From the NCBI RefSeq assembly GCF_009914755.1, contig NC_060943.1: a DNA stretch of 64,000 nucleotides, one strand, 5' to 3'. The position numbers were made by a program, and so were the translations under genes. Within the stretch, counting starts at the first letter, position 1; each line of letters begins with the position of its first letter. The DNA comes from the human T2T-CHM13v2.0 reference genome, Homo sapiens. The notes under the pieces were generated by a model. The model was given only the letters and a program-made list of their open reading frames with translations. It ran no database searches and was not told the origin of the DNA. Below are positions 17,437 through 29,800 of the stretch, piece by piece.

Positions 17437-17815
17437 TAATTTTTCTTATTTTTTGTCGAGATGGGATTTCACAGTTTGTCCAGACTGCTCTCGAACTCCT
17501 GGGCTCAAGCAATCCTCCTGCCTCGACTTCCCAAAGTGCTGGGATTACAGCCATGAAGCCACTGCAGCCAGCCTCACAGTTTCTTTATGCAAACTCCAAC
17601 ACACTTTGAGGAACTCAACAATCGGGTAGGATTTACCCTCTACCCAGATCTGTGCCCCAGGAGGTCAGCTCACCCATATGGACTGCAGTAACAGTTCTTT
17701 GTTTTTCAGTTTAACGTTGGGTTAAATCTGCCAAGTGGTTTTAGATTAACTGTATTCTTCTACCAAAAATCTTAGCCGCTGTCAAGCAATCTGCTCCTCT
17801 CTCCAGTTCTGGTGA

Positions 17816-18124
<309 letters not shown>

Positions 18125-18417
18125 TGAGTAGCTGGGATCAGAGGTGCGTGCCACCACGCCTGTCTAATTTTTTGTTTTTTTTATGTTTAGTAGAGACGGG
18201 GTTTCACCATGTTGGCCTGGCTGGTCTCAAACTCCTGACCTCGTGATCTGCCCACCTCAGCCTCCCAAAGTGCTGGGATTACAGTCGTGAGCCACTGCAC
18301 CTGGCCTAAGTTTTGTATTTTTAGTAGAGCCGGGTTTTTGCCATGTTGGCCAGGCTGGTCTTGAACTCCTGACCTCAGATGATCTGCTCACCTCGGCCTC
18401 CCAAAGTACTGGGATTA

Positions 18418-18896
<479 letters not shown>

Positions 18897-20155
18897 TCAT
18901 AGGAGTGTATCTGAGGTGGTGTGGAGTGGGTGTGCGTGTGCTGTGAAGATGTCATTGCCAGGTGTGTTCACAGTAGGATTGCCTGAGTGTGGCTCTCATG
19001 CGACTTCTCAAGGCTTTGCCCCTGTACTCTGTATGGAGCTGTGGCAAGTCGGGATCCACACGGCTGTGCTGTGTGTGTTTTCCGTCTGGTGTCCTAAGTG
19101 GATAAAACTGTAGTGAGGCTGCGTCTGAGATGGTGCCACCTTACTGAGTTGCTTTGCTGGGTTTGATTCTTTTTTTTTTTTTTTGAGATGGAGTCTTGCT
19201 CTGTCGCCCAGGCTGGAGTGCAGTGGTGCGATCCTGGCTGACTGCAAGCTCCACCTCCCGGGTTCATGCCATTCTCCTGCCTCAGCCTCCTGAGTAGCTG
19301 GGACTACAGGCACCCGCCACCACACCCAGCTAATTTTTTTTTTTTTTGTATTTTTAGTAGAGACGGGGTTTCACCGTGTTAGCCAGAATGGTCTTGATCT
19401 CCTGACCTCGTGATCCACCCACCTCAGCCTCCCAAAGTGCTGGGATTACAGGTGAGAGCCACCGCACCCGGCCTGGGTTTGATTCTTTGTGGCCGCATCT
19501 GAGCCTGTGAGTCTATTTCCAAGTCTGCGTAGATGAGTCTGGGGCCATGTGGCTGTGAGTGGTGTGTGCGTGTGATCTCGGCTGCAGCCCGACTGTGATG
19601 TGGCCAGGGTCACGTGTGTGCAAGAGGGCACCGTGGTCAGTCCGGGCCCAAGTGTGGTTATATCTGAGTTTGCCGGGCAGTACCTGGGGCTGTTTGGCTC
19701 TATGTCCATCTGTGTGGCTGGAGCGGGTGTGTGTATGCAGTGGACACATACTCAATTGAGAACGGCGTGCGGAACCCGGCTGTGTGTTCTATGCTGCTGT
19801 CGTATGGCTGGGCTGGGGGGCGTGTGTGAGTACCCGGTGGACGCTACTGTCTGGCTGTGAGCAGAAATGGCTGTTGCTGAGTTGGTGTGGCTGTATGTGG
19901 ACCTGTGTGGGTGTAGCTGAATCTGTGGGTGGCATCTGCAGCCGCTGGTGTGCGTGTGTCTGTGCACTGTTGCCCAGCCGCATCCGAGTCTGCGTAGCTG
20001 TTGTGTAGTGGGTGTGTGGCTGTGTGCATATGCGTGCCCTGTGATCAGGCTGACTGTGGCTTCGTCTGAGGCTGTGTAGTGCACATGCGCCCTCATGCGG
20101 TGTCCAGGCACAGCTGTGGCTGCAGGACGATGCCTGGTGCCCGTCCCGGGCCCAC

Positions 20156-20305
20156 CTGGTCTGGGAGGCTGGGGCAGGAGGCTGGGTAGTCCTCGAAGTC
20201 CTCCCTGCAGCCGCCGTCCCGATCCTCGATGACCAGGTCGATGGGCATCTTTCCCTTGAGGCAGGTGATGTAGCGGTGACAGAAGTTGTCGCACAGGTCG
20301 TGGAC
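20156..20305 (-). CDS. MEIS3: MEIS3 coding exon 6 (MEINOX HM2)
   Basis: 150 nt, [29 protein letters not shown]...PDQ. Confidence 0.97.
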
Positions 20306-20489
20306 CTGGGGGGGCACCGGGGTACTGGGGGGGGCCACCCACGGGGGCAGGGCGGGGGTGCTCAGGGACGGGGGCGGCATTCTGCTTCAACTCCGGTGGG
20401 GAGAGAGCTGGAAGGTGGGGGGCAGAGGCGACGAGAGGGGGTGGGATGACAGGGGCAAGTGAGGGTGTGGGGAGGTGAGACGCGCTCAC

Positions 20490-20540
20490 CTTCTCCAGCT
20501 CCAGCAGGTGGAACCGCAGCACCTGGATGGCCTGGATCAT
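20490..20540 (-). CDS. MEIS3: MEIS3 coding exon 5
   Basis: 51 nt, MIQAIQVLRFHLLELEK. Confidence 0.97.
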
Positions 20541-20773
20541 CTGAAAACGTGGGCGGGAGGTGGGGGGAGACAGAGGGAATTGGGGGAGGGAGCAGGGAGG
20601 AAGAAGGAAGAGGAAGAGAAGGAGGAAGAGGAGACACAGAGAAACAGAAAGAGTGAGACAAAATGACAGGGACAGGGAGATGCAGCAAAGAGAGACAAAG
20701 ACACCAGGTGCAAGGGGGAAAGAGAGAACAGAGATGCAGCCCAGAATTAAGGAAAGAGCAGATGTTAGATTGA

Positions 20774-21465
<692 letters not shown>

Positions 21466-21709
21466 TAGCTGAGACCACAGGTGCATGCCACCACACCCCG
21501 CTAATTAAATGTTTTTGTAGAGGTGGGGTCTCGCTACGTTGCCCAGGCTGGTCTCGATCCCTGGCCTCAAGCTATCTCCTGGCCTTGGCCTCCCAAAGTG
21601 CTGGCATTACAGGCGTGAGCTGCCGCACCCAGCCTCCTCTCCTTGGGCAGCAGTCCCTGCGCTCACTTTGGCATAGGTGCTGATCTTCTGACGGATGGAA
21701 CATCAGACA

Positions 21710-21940
21710 CTTTTTGAGCCCTATTCTGTGCCAGGTGCTGTTCCACGCACTTGAATCGCATTCACTCATTAAACCCCCACAGCAGCCCTCCAAGACAGAC
21801 ATTACTACCAGCCACACTTCACAGACGGGACACCAAGGCACGGAGATGCAGAGTGACTTGCCCTGGGTCACAGAGCTGGTGAGTGGCAGAGCTGGGATTT
21901 GAACTCGGGCCATGGGTCCCGTTCTCAGACTCTAGGCTGT
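21710..21940 (-). mobile_element. MIR element
   Basis: gtgacttgccctgggtcacagagctggtgagtggcagagctgggatttgaactc MIR core. Confidence 0.8.
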
Positions 21941-22090
21941 ACCACACGGCACGTGGGCAACAATCATGACGGTTTGGGGACATGGACCAGGTGGCCTTCT
22001 CTCTGCACCCCCCCCACCAACCCCAGGGATGGGGCGTCAGGGAAGGAGACCCATTGGAGGAGGGGGTGTGGGGGAGGGCTCGGGTCTCAC

Positions 22091-22141
22091 CAGATTGTCC
22101 AGTTCTGGGTTGGAGGAGAAGAGGGGCCTCTCAGAGCGAAC
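22091..22141 (-). CDS. MEIS3: MEIS3 coding exon 4
   Basis: 51 nt, [17 protein letters not shown]. Confidence 0.96.
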
Positions 22142-22242
22142 CTGGGAGGGAAGAGAGAGGCCGGCAGGGGGATGTCCCGCCTTCCACCCACCCCTCCTCG
22201 CTGGCTCTCTGACTCGGTGTGTGGTGGGTGGGAGGTGCCCAC

Positions 22243-22402
22243 CTGCTTGGCAAAGGCAGCGATGTCCTCGTTGAAGGAATCAGAGGAGCAGACGTCACCT
22301 CCAGGGGGTGTCCCCAGCCCAGCTCCGGCCCCGTCACGGGGAGAGCATGTAGCCAGTTCACATTTCTCAAAGACCAGGGCCAAGAGGGGGAAGAGCGGGT
22401 GT
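22243..22402 (-). CDS. MEIS3: MEIS3 coding exon 3 (MEINOX HM1)
   Basis: 160 nt, [22 protein letters not shown]...[18 protein letters not shown]. Confidence 0.97.
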
Positions 22403-22616
22403 CTGGGGAGGCAGGAAAGGAGAGAGGTTGAGGGAGAGGCTGGGAGGTGGATGGAGGGGCTGCCAAGATGCAGAACAGCTGGGGAGGGGACAAGAGACCC
22501 AGAGAGGGAAGGAGACAGAGACTCGTACACAGAGAGAGACAGAAGCAGACCCAGGGAGCAAAGAAGCAGAAAGACAGAGAGAGAGAGACAGGAGCCTGAG
22601 ACCCGGCCCCACTCAC

Positions 22617-22789
22617 CCATAGATCTCATCCTTCTCCCTCTTCAGGCCGTCGCTGTCCAAGCCTGGGGGCAGGGGCTGGGGAGGCCGGTGCGGGCCATAG
22701 GGCCCTGGTACTGCGGGCACTGTCTCTGGGAAGCTAGCCAGGGCTGCGGGGCCATCCACGATGCCTGGGTAGTGCGGCAGCTCATCATA
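22617..22789 (-). CDS. MEIS3: MEIS3 coding exon 2
   Basis: 173 nt, [13 protein letters not shown]...[10 protein letters not shown]. Confidence 0.96.
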
Positions 22790-24299
22790 CTGGGGGAAGG
22801 TGAGAAGAGAAGGGCGGAGCCCCAGGGAGGGGTCAGCACCCCGAGACTCGGCTGAGGAGCTTCTCTATCCTGGAACCCAGGAGATGCCCTTCTGTGTCCC
22901 AGAAACCTGCCTGTGGTCCCCAGGTGTCTGAGCCCCCAAGCTTGAAGCCCTCCAGGTCCCCTGGAGCTGCCTCGGTGGGGAGTGAGGACCCCGTCCAGGC
23001 AGAGATTCCTGACATGTGGGCAGGAGGACCCAGAGGGAGAGACGGCAGGGTCTGGCTGGGAGGGAAAAGAGATGGAGAAAGTGGCGTGAGAAGACAGTGA
23101 CAGAGACAGAGAGAGAGACAGACAGAGAGGGAGATCCATGGACACCTCCTGTAGGAACCGCGCATTGTTGTACACAAAGTACACATACGAAGCCTCCCTG
23201 TCTTCTATTTCATTTCACAGTTGGCAGATAAGCGCATCAGAGTAAGTCTCAACAACATGTCACACTCCACTCGCCACGTGAATCTACCACACATGTAGAC
23301 ACAGCCATACACACCAACCCACGTGCACACTCATGTGTCAGTCACACCCAAATCCCCCCCCACACACACACATGCACACACACATGCACACAGCCCAACA
23401 CCAGGCACAAGAATGAATGCATGATTGAGACATTTGGCACATGGATGAATGAATGAATGAGGCATTTAGCACAGGGCCTGGCTCATGCTGTGAGCACTTG
23501 TTGCCGGAGAGGGTCACTCCGCACCACCATACAGACACGATTGCGCACCCAAGAGAAACACCATTATGGGGTAGGACGACCGCGTCCTGTCGTCACAGAA
23601 CCATGCACCTGGGAAGCCAGGGGCACCTTCCTCTCATCAGGTCAAATCCCTTCCTCAGTGATGAAGACACGGAGGCTCAAAGAGGCAGCAGGACTCGCAC
23701 GGGAAGAGGCTAGAACGTTCCTGCCTCGGACCCTCGCCTGGCTGGGCACCCTGGTTCTGTGTGTCCCACTCTTTCCCTCTCCCTCTTCTCCTAACTTCTC
23801 CTGTGCCCTGAAGTTGAATCCAACTGCTCCCCGCTGCTCAAGGCACTCTCACCAAAAGCGGTCCTCACAGCCTACCCGGAACCCCCAAAACGGGCGCGCG
23901 CCTCCTCCCCTGTCTTCTATCCCCGTTCCCATCCCCAGGGAGACAGGCTCCGTGGGGCCAGCAGCCTGGTGAGACCACCTCTCCCACCCCTGTCCCACTC
24001 CTAGCCCTGGAGAGGCAGGGGCGGCTTGGAACAAAAGTAGAGCGAAGGGAAGGACGGAGGAGAGCAGAAAAAAGGGGGGACGGTGAGGTGCGGGCGGCTG
24101 AGATGGAGGAGGAAGCCCAGGAACAGAGGAGAGAGACTGCGGGTGGGGGAGGGCAGAGAGAGGGGGATAGAGAGGCAGAAAGAGGGGGGAGACCAGGGAC
24201 AGAGAGAGGGGGACAGAGAGGCAGAAAGGAGGAGGAGAGTGGGGCAGACAGAGGGGGACAGAGGGGCAGGGAGAAGGAGAAGCTAAACGATGGGGAGGA

Positions 24300-25420
24300 G
24301 GCGAGGCCGAGGGCCAGGAAGAGACACTTGGGGGCAGAGAGGGGGCACACAGGGACTGGGAGACCCAGGGGCGGAGGGAGGGGCAGAGAGAGAGCGAGGT
24401 GGTGTAGAGGACGGATGGGCTAATGGGGGCCAGCGCCGGAGAGTGGGGGATGCAGGGACAGGGGGTGCGGAAGCGGCCGGGACGCGGGGTCCCCGCCCCG
24501 AGACCTACCCTCCGGGCCATGGGCTGAGGCCGGCGGCAGCTCCTGGGTCCCTCCAGAGCCTGGCCGCGGGGGAGGGCGCAGCCCGGGGCCGCAGCCCCTG
24601 ACGGCCCGCGGTGTTGACGCCAGGGGGTGGGCAGGAGGCCAGGCGCGCGCCCCCCCACCCCCGCCGCCGTCAGCGGCAGGCGCCGGGCCGGGTGGGGACT
24701 CCGCGCATGGACCCCGGCCCCCGCCCCCAGCGGGGGTCACGGCCAGGAGCGCATCGCCGCCGGGGCGGGGGCAGCAGGCGCAGGCGGGGCGCCCGAGGCC
24801 CCCTCCTCTGGGCCCCCCCCGTCCCTTCCCCGGCTCTGGAGGGAATCGAACCGTCCCGAGACGGACACACCGGGGACCGCAGGGGGCGGGGGGCGGCCCG
24901 GGGCGACGGAGGGTCCGGCGGCGGCTCAGGGGTGCTGGCAGCCGCGCTCCCCGTTCCCGGTCTCTCCCTCTCTGTGGTCACATCCGGAAGTTCCACGGCG
25001 GAGATGCTTAACCCACTGTCCGCCGAAGCGAGCGGACGGGCGGGGCGGGGCGGGGCTGGAGCTGCGGGTCCCCTCCCTCCCCTCCCCTCCTCCCTCCCTC
25101 CCCTCCCCTCCCCTCCTCCCTCCCTCCCCTCCCCTCCTCCCTCCCTCCCCTCCCCTCCTCCCTCCCTCCTCTCCCCTCCCTCCCCTCCCCTCCTCCCTCC
25201 CCTCCCTCCCCTCCCCTCCTCCCTCCCCTCCCCTCCCCTCCCCATCCGCGCCCCGCCCCGCCCCGCCCGGGCCCGCGGGCCTCTCCCGGCGGCTTTTGTA
25301 TCGGAGTCTCCCTGAGACTCGTCCTCCTCGGCCCCCGCCCCTCCCGCCGCGCTCGCTCCGGGTCGCTCTCCCCCACCCCGCTCGGGGTCTCCCTCTCCCC
25401 CTGCCGGCAGCCACCCGCCT
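24300..25420 (-). promoter_or_regulatory. MEIS3: MEIS3 CpG-island promoter and 5' UTR
   Basis: Very high GC and CpG density, tandem GGGGCGGGGC boxes (~25040-25056, ~25250-25268), ETS site CCGGAAGT at 24984-24991, (CCCTCCCCT)n tract 25070-25243. Confidence 0.88.
24509..24520 (-). CDS. MEIS3: MEIS3 coding exon 1 (MARR)
   Basis: cccATGGCCCGGAGG|gtaggt; the 12 exons sum to 1128 nt = 375 aa + stop with consistent phases. Confidence 0.95.
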
Positions 25421-27850
25421 CTGTCTCTCTCACCCCCTCCTCTCTCTCCTCTTCTCTCTCTCTCTGTCTCTCTCCCTCTCTCTCTCCCCCACCCTGTCTC
25501 TTTTCTTTCTCATTTTCTCTGTTTTTTCTGTGTCTTCTCCCACCTCTTCCCGCCTCTCTCTCCCTGTTTCTCTGTCTCTCCCTCAACCCCCAACCTCTCT
25601 CCCCGTTTTTCTCTCTCCCCGCTTACCTCTCTCTCCTGTCTCTCCCCCACCTCTCTCTCTCCCTCTGTTTCTCTCTCTCCTCTCTCTCTCCCCTCCACCT
25701 CCCATTTTCTCTGTTTCTCTCCCCCTCACCTCTCTCCCTCTGTCTCTCTCCTCCCTCTCACCTCTTTGTTTTTCTCTCTCTTTTTTTCTGTTTCTCCCTC
25801 CTCCCACTTCTACCCCCCTCTCCCCGTCTCTCTGTTTCTGTGGCTCTCCCTCTCCTCCATCTCGCTCCGTTTCTCTCTTCCCCCTCACCTCTCTCTCTCC
25901 CCCACCTCTCTCTCCCTCTGTTTCTCTCCCCCCTAACTCCCACTCGCTCTGTCTCTCCCCCTCACCTCTCTCTCTGTCTCTCCCCCCTCACCTCTCTCTC
26001 TGTCTCTCTCCCCCCTCACCTCTCTCTCTGTCTCTCCCCCCCTCACCTCTCTCTCTGTCTCTCTCCCCCCTCACCTCTCTCTCTGTCTCTCCCCCCCCTC
26101 ACCTCTCTCTCTGTCTCTCTCTCCCCTTACCTCTCTCTCTCTATCTCTCTCCCCCCTCACCTCTGTTTCTCTCCCCCTCACCTCTCTCTGTCTCTCTCCC
26201 CCCTCACCTCTCTCTGTCTCTCTCTCCCCTTACCTCTCTCTCTCTATCTCTCTCCCCCCTCACCTCTGTTTCTCTCCCCCTCACCTCTCTCTGTCTCTCT
26301 CCCCCCCTCACCTCTCTCTGTCTCTCTCTCCCCTTACCTCTCTCTCTCTATCTCTCTCCCCCCTCACCTCTCTCTGTTTCTCTCCCCCTCACCTCTCTCT
26401 GTCTGTCTCCCCCCTCACCTCTCTCTCTCTGTCTCTCCCCCCCTCACCTCTCTCTCTGTCTCTCTCCCCCCTCACCTCTCTCTGTCTCTCTCCCCCCACC
26501 TCTCTGTCTCTCTCCCCCCACCTCTCTGTCTCTCTCTCCCCTTACCTCTCTCTCTCTATCTCTCTCCCCCCTCACCTCTCTCTCTCTGTCTCTCCCCCCC
26601 TCACCTCTCTCTCTGTCTCTCTCCCCCCTCACCTCTCTCTGTCTCTCTCTCCCCTTACCTCTCTCTCTCTATCTCTCTCCCCCCTCACCTCTGTTTCTCT
26701 CCCCCTCACCTCTCTCTGTCTCTCTCCCCCCTCACCTCTCTCTGTCTCTCTCTCCCCTTACCTCTCTCTCTCTATCTCTCTCCCCCCTCACCTCTCTCTG
26801 TTTCTCTCCCCCTCACCTCTCTCTGTCTGTCTCCCCCCTCACCTCTCTCTCTCTGTCTCTCCCCCCCTCACCTCTCTCTCTGTCTCTCTCCCCCCTCACC
26901 TCTCTCTGTCTCTCTCCCCCCACCTCTCTGTCTCTCTCCCCCCACCTCTCTGTCTCTCTCTCCCCTTACCTCTCTCTCTCTATCTCTCTCCCCCCTCACC
27001 TCTCTCTCTCTGTCTCTCTCCCCCCTCACCTCTCTCTCTCTGTCTCTCTCCCCCCTCACCTCTCTCTGTCTCTCTCCCCCCACCTCTCTGTCTCTCTCCC
27101 CCCACCTCTCTGTCTCTCTCTCCCCTTACCTCTCTCTCTCTATCTCTCTCCCCCCCTCACCTCTCTCTCTCTGTCTCTCCCCCCCTCACCTCTCTCTCTG
27201 TCTCTCTCCCCCCCTCACCTCTGTCTCTCTCCCCCCACCTCTCTGTCTCTCTCCCCCCACCTCTCTGTCTCTCTCTCCCCTTACCTCTCTCTCTCTGTCT
27301 CTCTCCCCCCTCACCTCTCTCTCTCTGTCTCTCCCCCCCTCACCTCTCTCTGTCTCTCTCCCCCCACCTCTCTGTCTCTCTCCCCCCACCTCTCTGTCTC
27401 TCTCTCCCCTTACCTCTCTCTCTCTATCTCTCTCCCCCCTCACCTCTCTCTCTCTGTCTCTCCCCCCCTCACCTCTCTCTCTGTCTCTCTCCCCCCTCAC
27501 CTCTGTCTCTCTCCCCCCACCTCTCTGTCTCTCTCCCCCCACCTCTCTGTCTCTCTCTCCCCTTACCTCTCTCTCTCTGTCTCTCTCCCCCCTCACCTCT
27601 CTCTCTCTGTCTCTCCCCCCTCACCTCTCTCTCTCTGTCTCTCTCCCCCCTCACCTCTCTCTGTCTCTCTCCCCCCACCTCTCTGTCTCTCTCCCCCCAC
27701 CTCCCTGTCTCTCTCTCCCCTTACCTCTCTTTCTCTATCTCTCTCCCCCCTCACCTCTCTCTGTTTCTCTCCCCCTCACCTCTCTCTGTCTCTCTCCCCC
27801 CTCACCTCTCTCTCTCTCTGTTTCTCTCTTTCTCCCTTTCCCCACCTCTC
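25420..27850. repeat. Polypyrimidine/polypurine minisatellite, ~26-32 bp units (CTCACCTCTCTCTCTGTCTCTCTCCCCC and variants)
   Basis: Directly visible; most regular from ~25940 to 27820; variant units CCTTACCTC and CCCCACCTC recur. Confidence 0.95.
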
Positions 27851-27979
27851 TCCTATGGGACAGGATCAGAGGAGAGGACAGGAGGCCAGAAGGAAGCCAG
27901 AGCTTAGATTTTAGCTTCTCTTCTTGCCCTCACCCCTTTCCCTCCCTCCTCTGGGAGACGGGCCCCTGTGCCTGCGCCT

Positions 27980-29180
27980 ATGTGTGTGTGTGCTTGCATG
28001 TGTGTGTGTATTGTGTGTGGTGTGTATGTGCCTTGTGTGGTGTGTTTTGTGTGTGTGGTGTATTTTGTATGTGTGGTGTGTGGTGTCTGTGTGGTGTGTG
28101 TGTGGTGTGTGTATGTGGTGTGTGTGGCGTATATGTTGTGTGTGCACGTGTGTGTGTGCGTGGTGTCTGTGTTTTGTGTGTGTCGTGTGTTTTGTATGTG
28201 TGGTGTACTTGTTTTGTGTGTGTGGTGTGTGCATGTGTGGGGTGTGTGTTTGGTGTATGTTTTGTGTGGTGTGTAGTGTGTTTTGTGTGGTGTGTGTTTT
28301 GTGTGGTGTGTGTGGTGTGTGTTTTGTGTGTGTGGTGTGTGTGTGCGTACCTGTGTTGTGTGTGTGAGTACCTGTGTGTGCGTACCTGTGTTGTGTGTGT
28401 GTACCTGTGTTGTGTGTGTGTACCTGTGTGTACGCATACCTGTGTGGTGTGCGATTTTTTTTGTGTGTGTGGTGTGTGTATTTTGTGTGTGTGGTGTGTG
28501 TTTTGCATGTGTGGTGTGTATGGTGTGTGTGGCGTGTGTGTGTGTGCATAACTGTGTGGTATGTGTGGTGTGTTTGTGTGGTGTGTGTTTGTGTGTGTGG
28601 TGTGTGTTTGTGTGTGGTGTGTGTAGTGTTTTTTTGTGTGTCGTGTGGTGTATGTGGCATGTGTGTGTGGCATGTGTGTGCGTACCTGTGTGGGGTGTGT
28701 GTGGTATGTGATGTGTGTGTTACTGTGTGGTGTGTTTTGTGTGCGTGGTGTGTGTGGTGTGCGTGTGTGCTGTATGTGTGGTGTGTGCGTACCTGTGTGG
28801 TGTGTGTTGTATGTGGTGTGTGTTTTTTGTGTATGGTGTGTTTGTGGGGTGTGGTGTGTGTTTTTTGTGTGTGGTGTATGTGTGGTGTGTGCGTACCTGT
28901 GCGGTGTGTGTTGCATGTGGTGTGTGTTTTTTGTGTATGGTGTGTGTGGGGGGTGTGGTGTGTGTTTTGTGTGTGTGGTGTGTGTGTGGTGTGTGCATAC
29001 CTGTGTGGTGTGCGTGTGGTGTGTGGTGTGTTTTTTGTGTGTGGTGTGTGGGATGTGTGGTGTGTGTGTGTGCTTACCTGTGTGGTGTGCGTGTGGTGTA
29101 TGCTGTGTGTGTTTTTTGTGTGTGGTGTGTGTGTGTACCTGTGTGGTGTGTGGTGTGTGTGTTTTGTTTGTGTGGTGTGT
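27980..29180. repeat. Degenerate (TG)n/(GTGTG)n tract with a recurring GTACCTGTGT motif
   Basis: Directly visible, 1.2 kb. Confidence 0.95.
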
Positions 29181-29419
29181 AGGAGTTACTGCGCGTGTTG
29201 TTTCTGTCTCTGGATGTGGTGGGTACTGGAGGCCCCTCTGCCGTCTTGGGCCCCTGTCTTGAGCCTGTGGCCCCCTCAGCTGCTCACAAGGAGTCCGTGG
29301 GACCTGCAGTCTGTGGGGTAAACCCTGGGCCCCCACACAAGGTGTTGGAGGGCAGGGCCGCGGCTTTCATCGGATTCCTAAGGCGAACTTTCAACCTGGC
29401 GTTCTGAGATCAAGAAAAA

Positions 29420-29800
29420 GATTCATGCAACAGCAACTTCTTGAGCACCTACTATGTTCCAGGTGGTGTTCTGGGGACTAGCAGGGAACAAAAGGCAAAC
29501 TTCTTGGTCTTATGGCTCTCACTTTTCCCTGGGGATGGGGTAGGGAAGGGAGGGTAGTCGAGTAAATGGATGCATAAATATTAACTAGTGCCTGGAGATG
29601 GCCCATGCTCCGAAACAAAGCTGTGTAAGAACGGTGGGGGGAGGGCGGCTTCTGTAGACTGGACAGGGACAGCCCTCAGAGGAGGCGACATCTGAGCCGT
29701 GCACACACCAGGGAAGAGCATTCCAGGCAGGGGGAATGGCAGGTGCAAAGACTGGAAAGGTCGGGGGAGCAGAAGGTGCTTGGTGTGTCCAGAAAACATC
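29420..29800 (-). mobile_element. L2 LINE 3' fragment
   Basis: attcatgcaac...ttgagcacctactatgttccagg and gggaagagcattccaggcagggggaa L2 hallmarks. Confidence 0.65.

Noticed and set aside
24627-29336. Very long ORFs (1095, 903, 452, 315 aa and others)
   Set aside because: Translations of CT- and GT-simple repeats that lack stop codons by composition (Leu/Ser/Pro, Val/Cys or His/Thr only); no domain content
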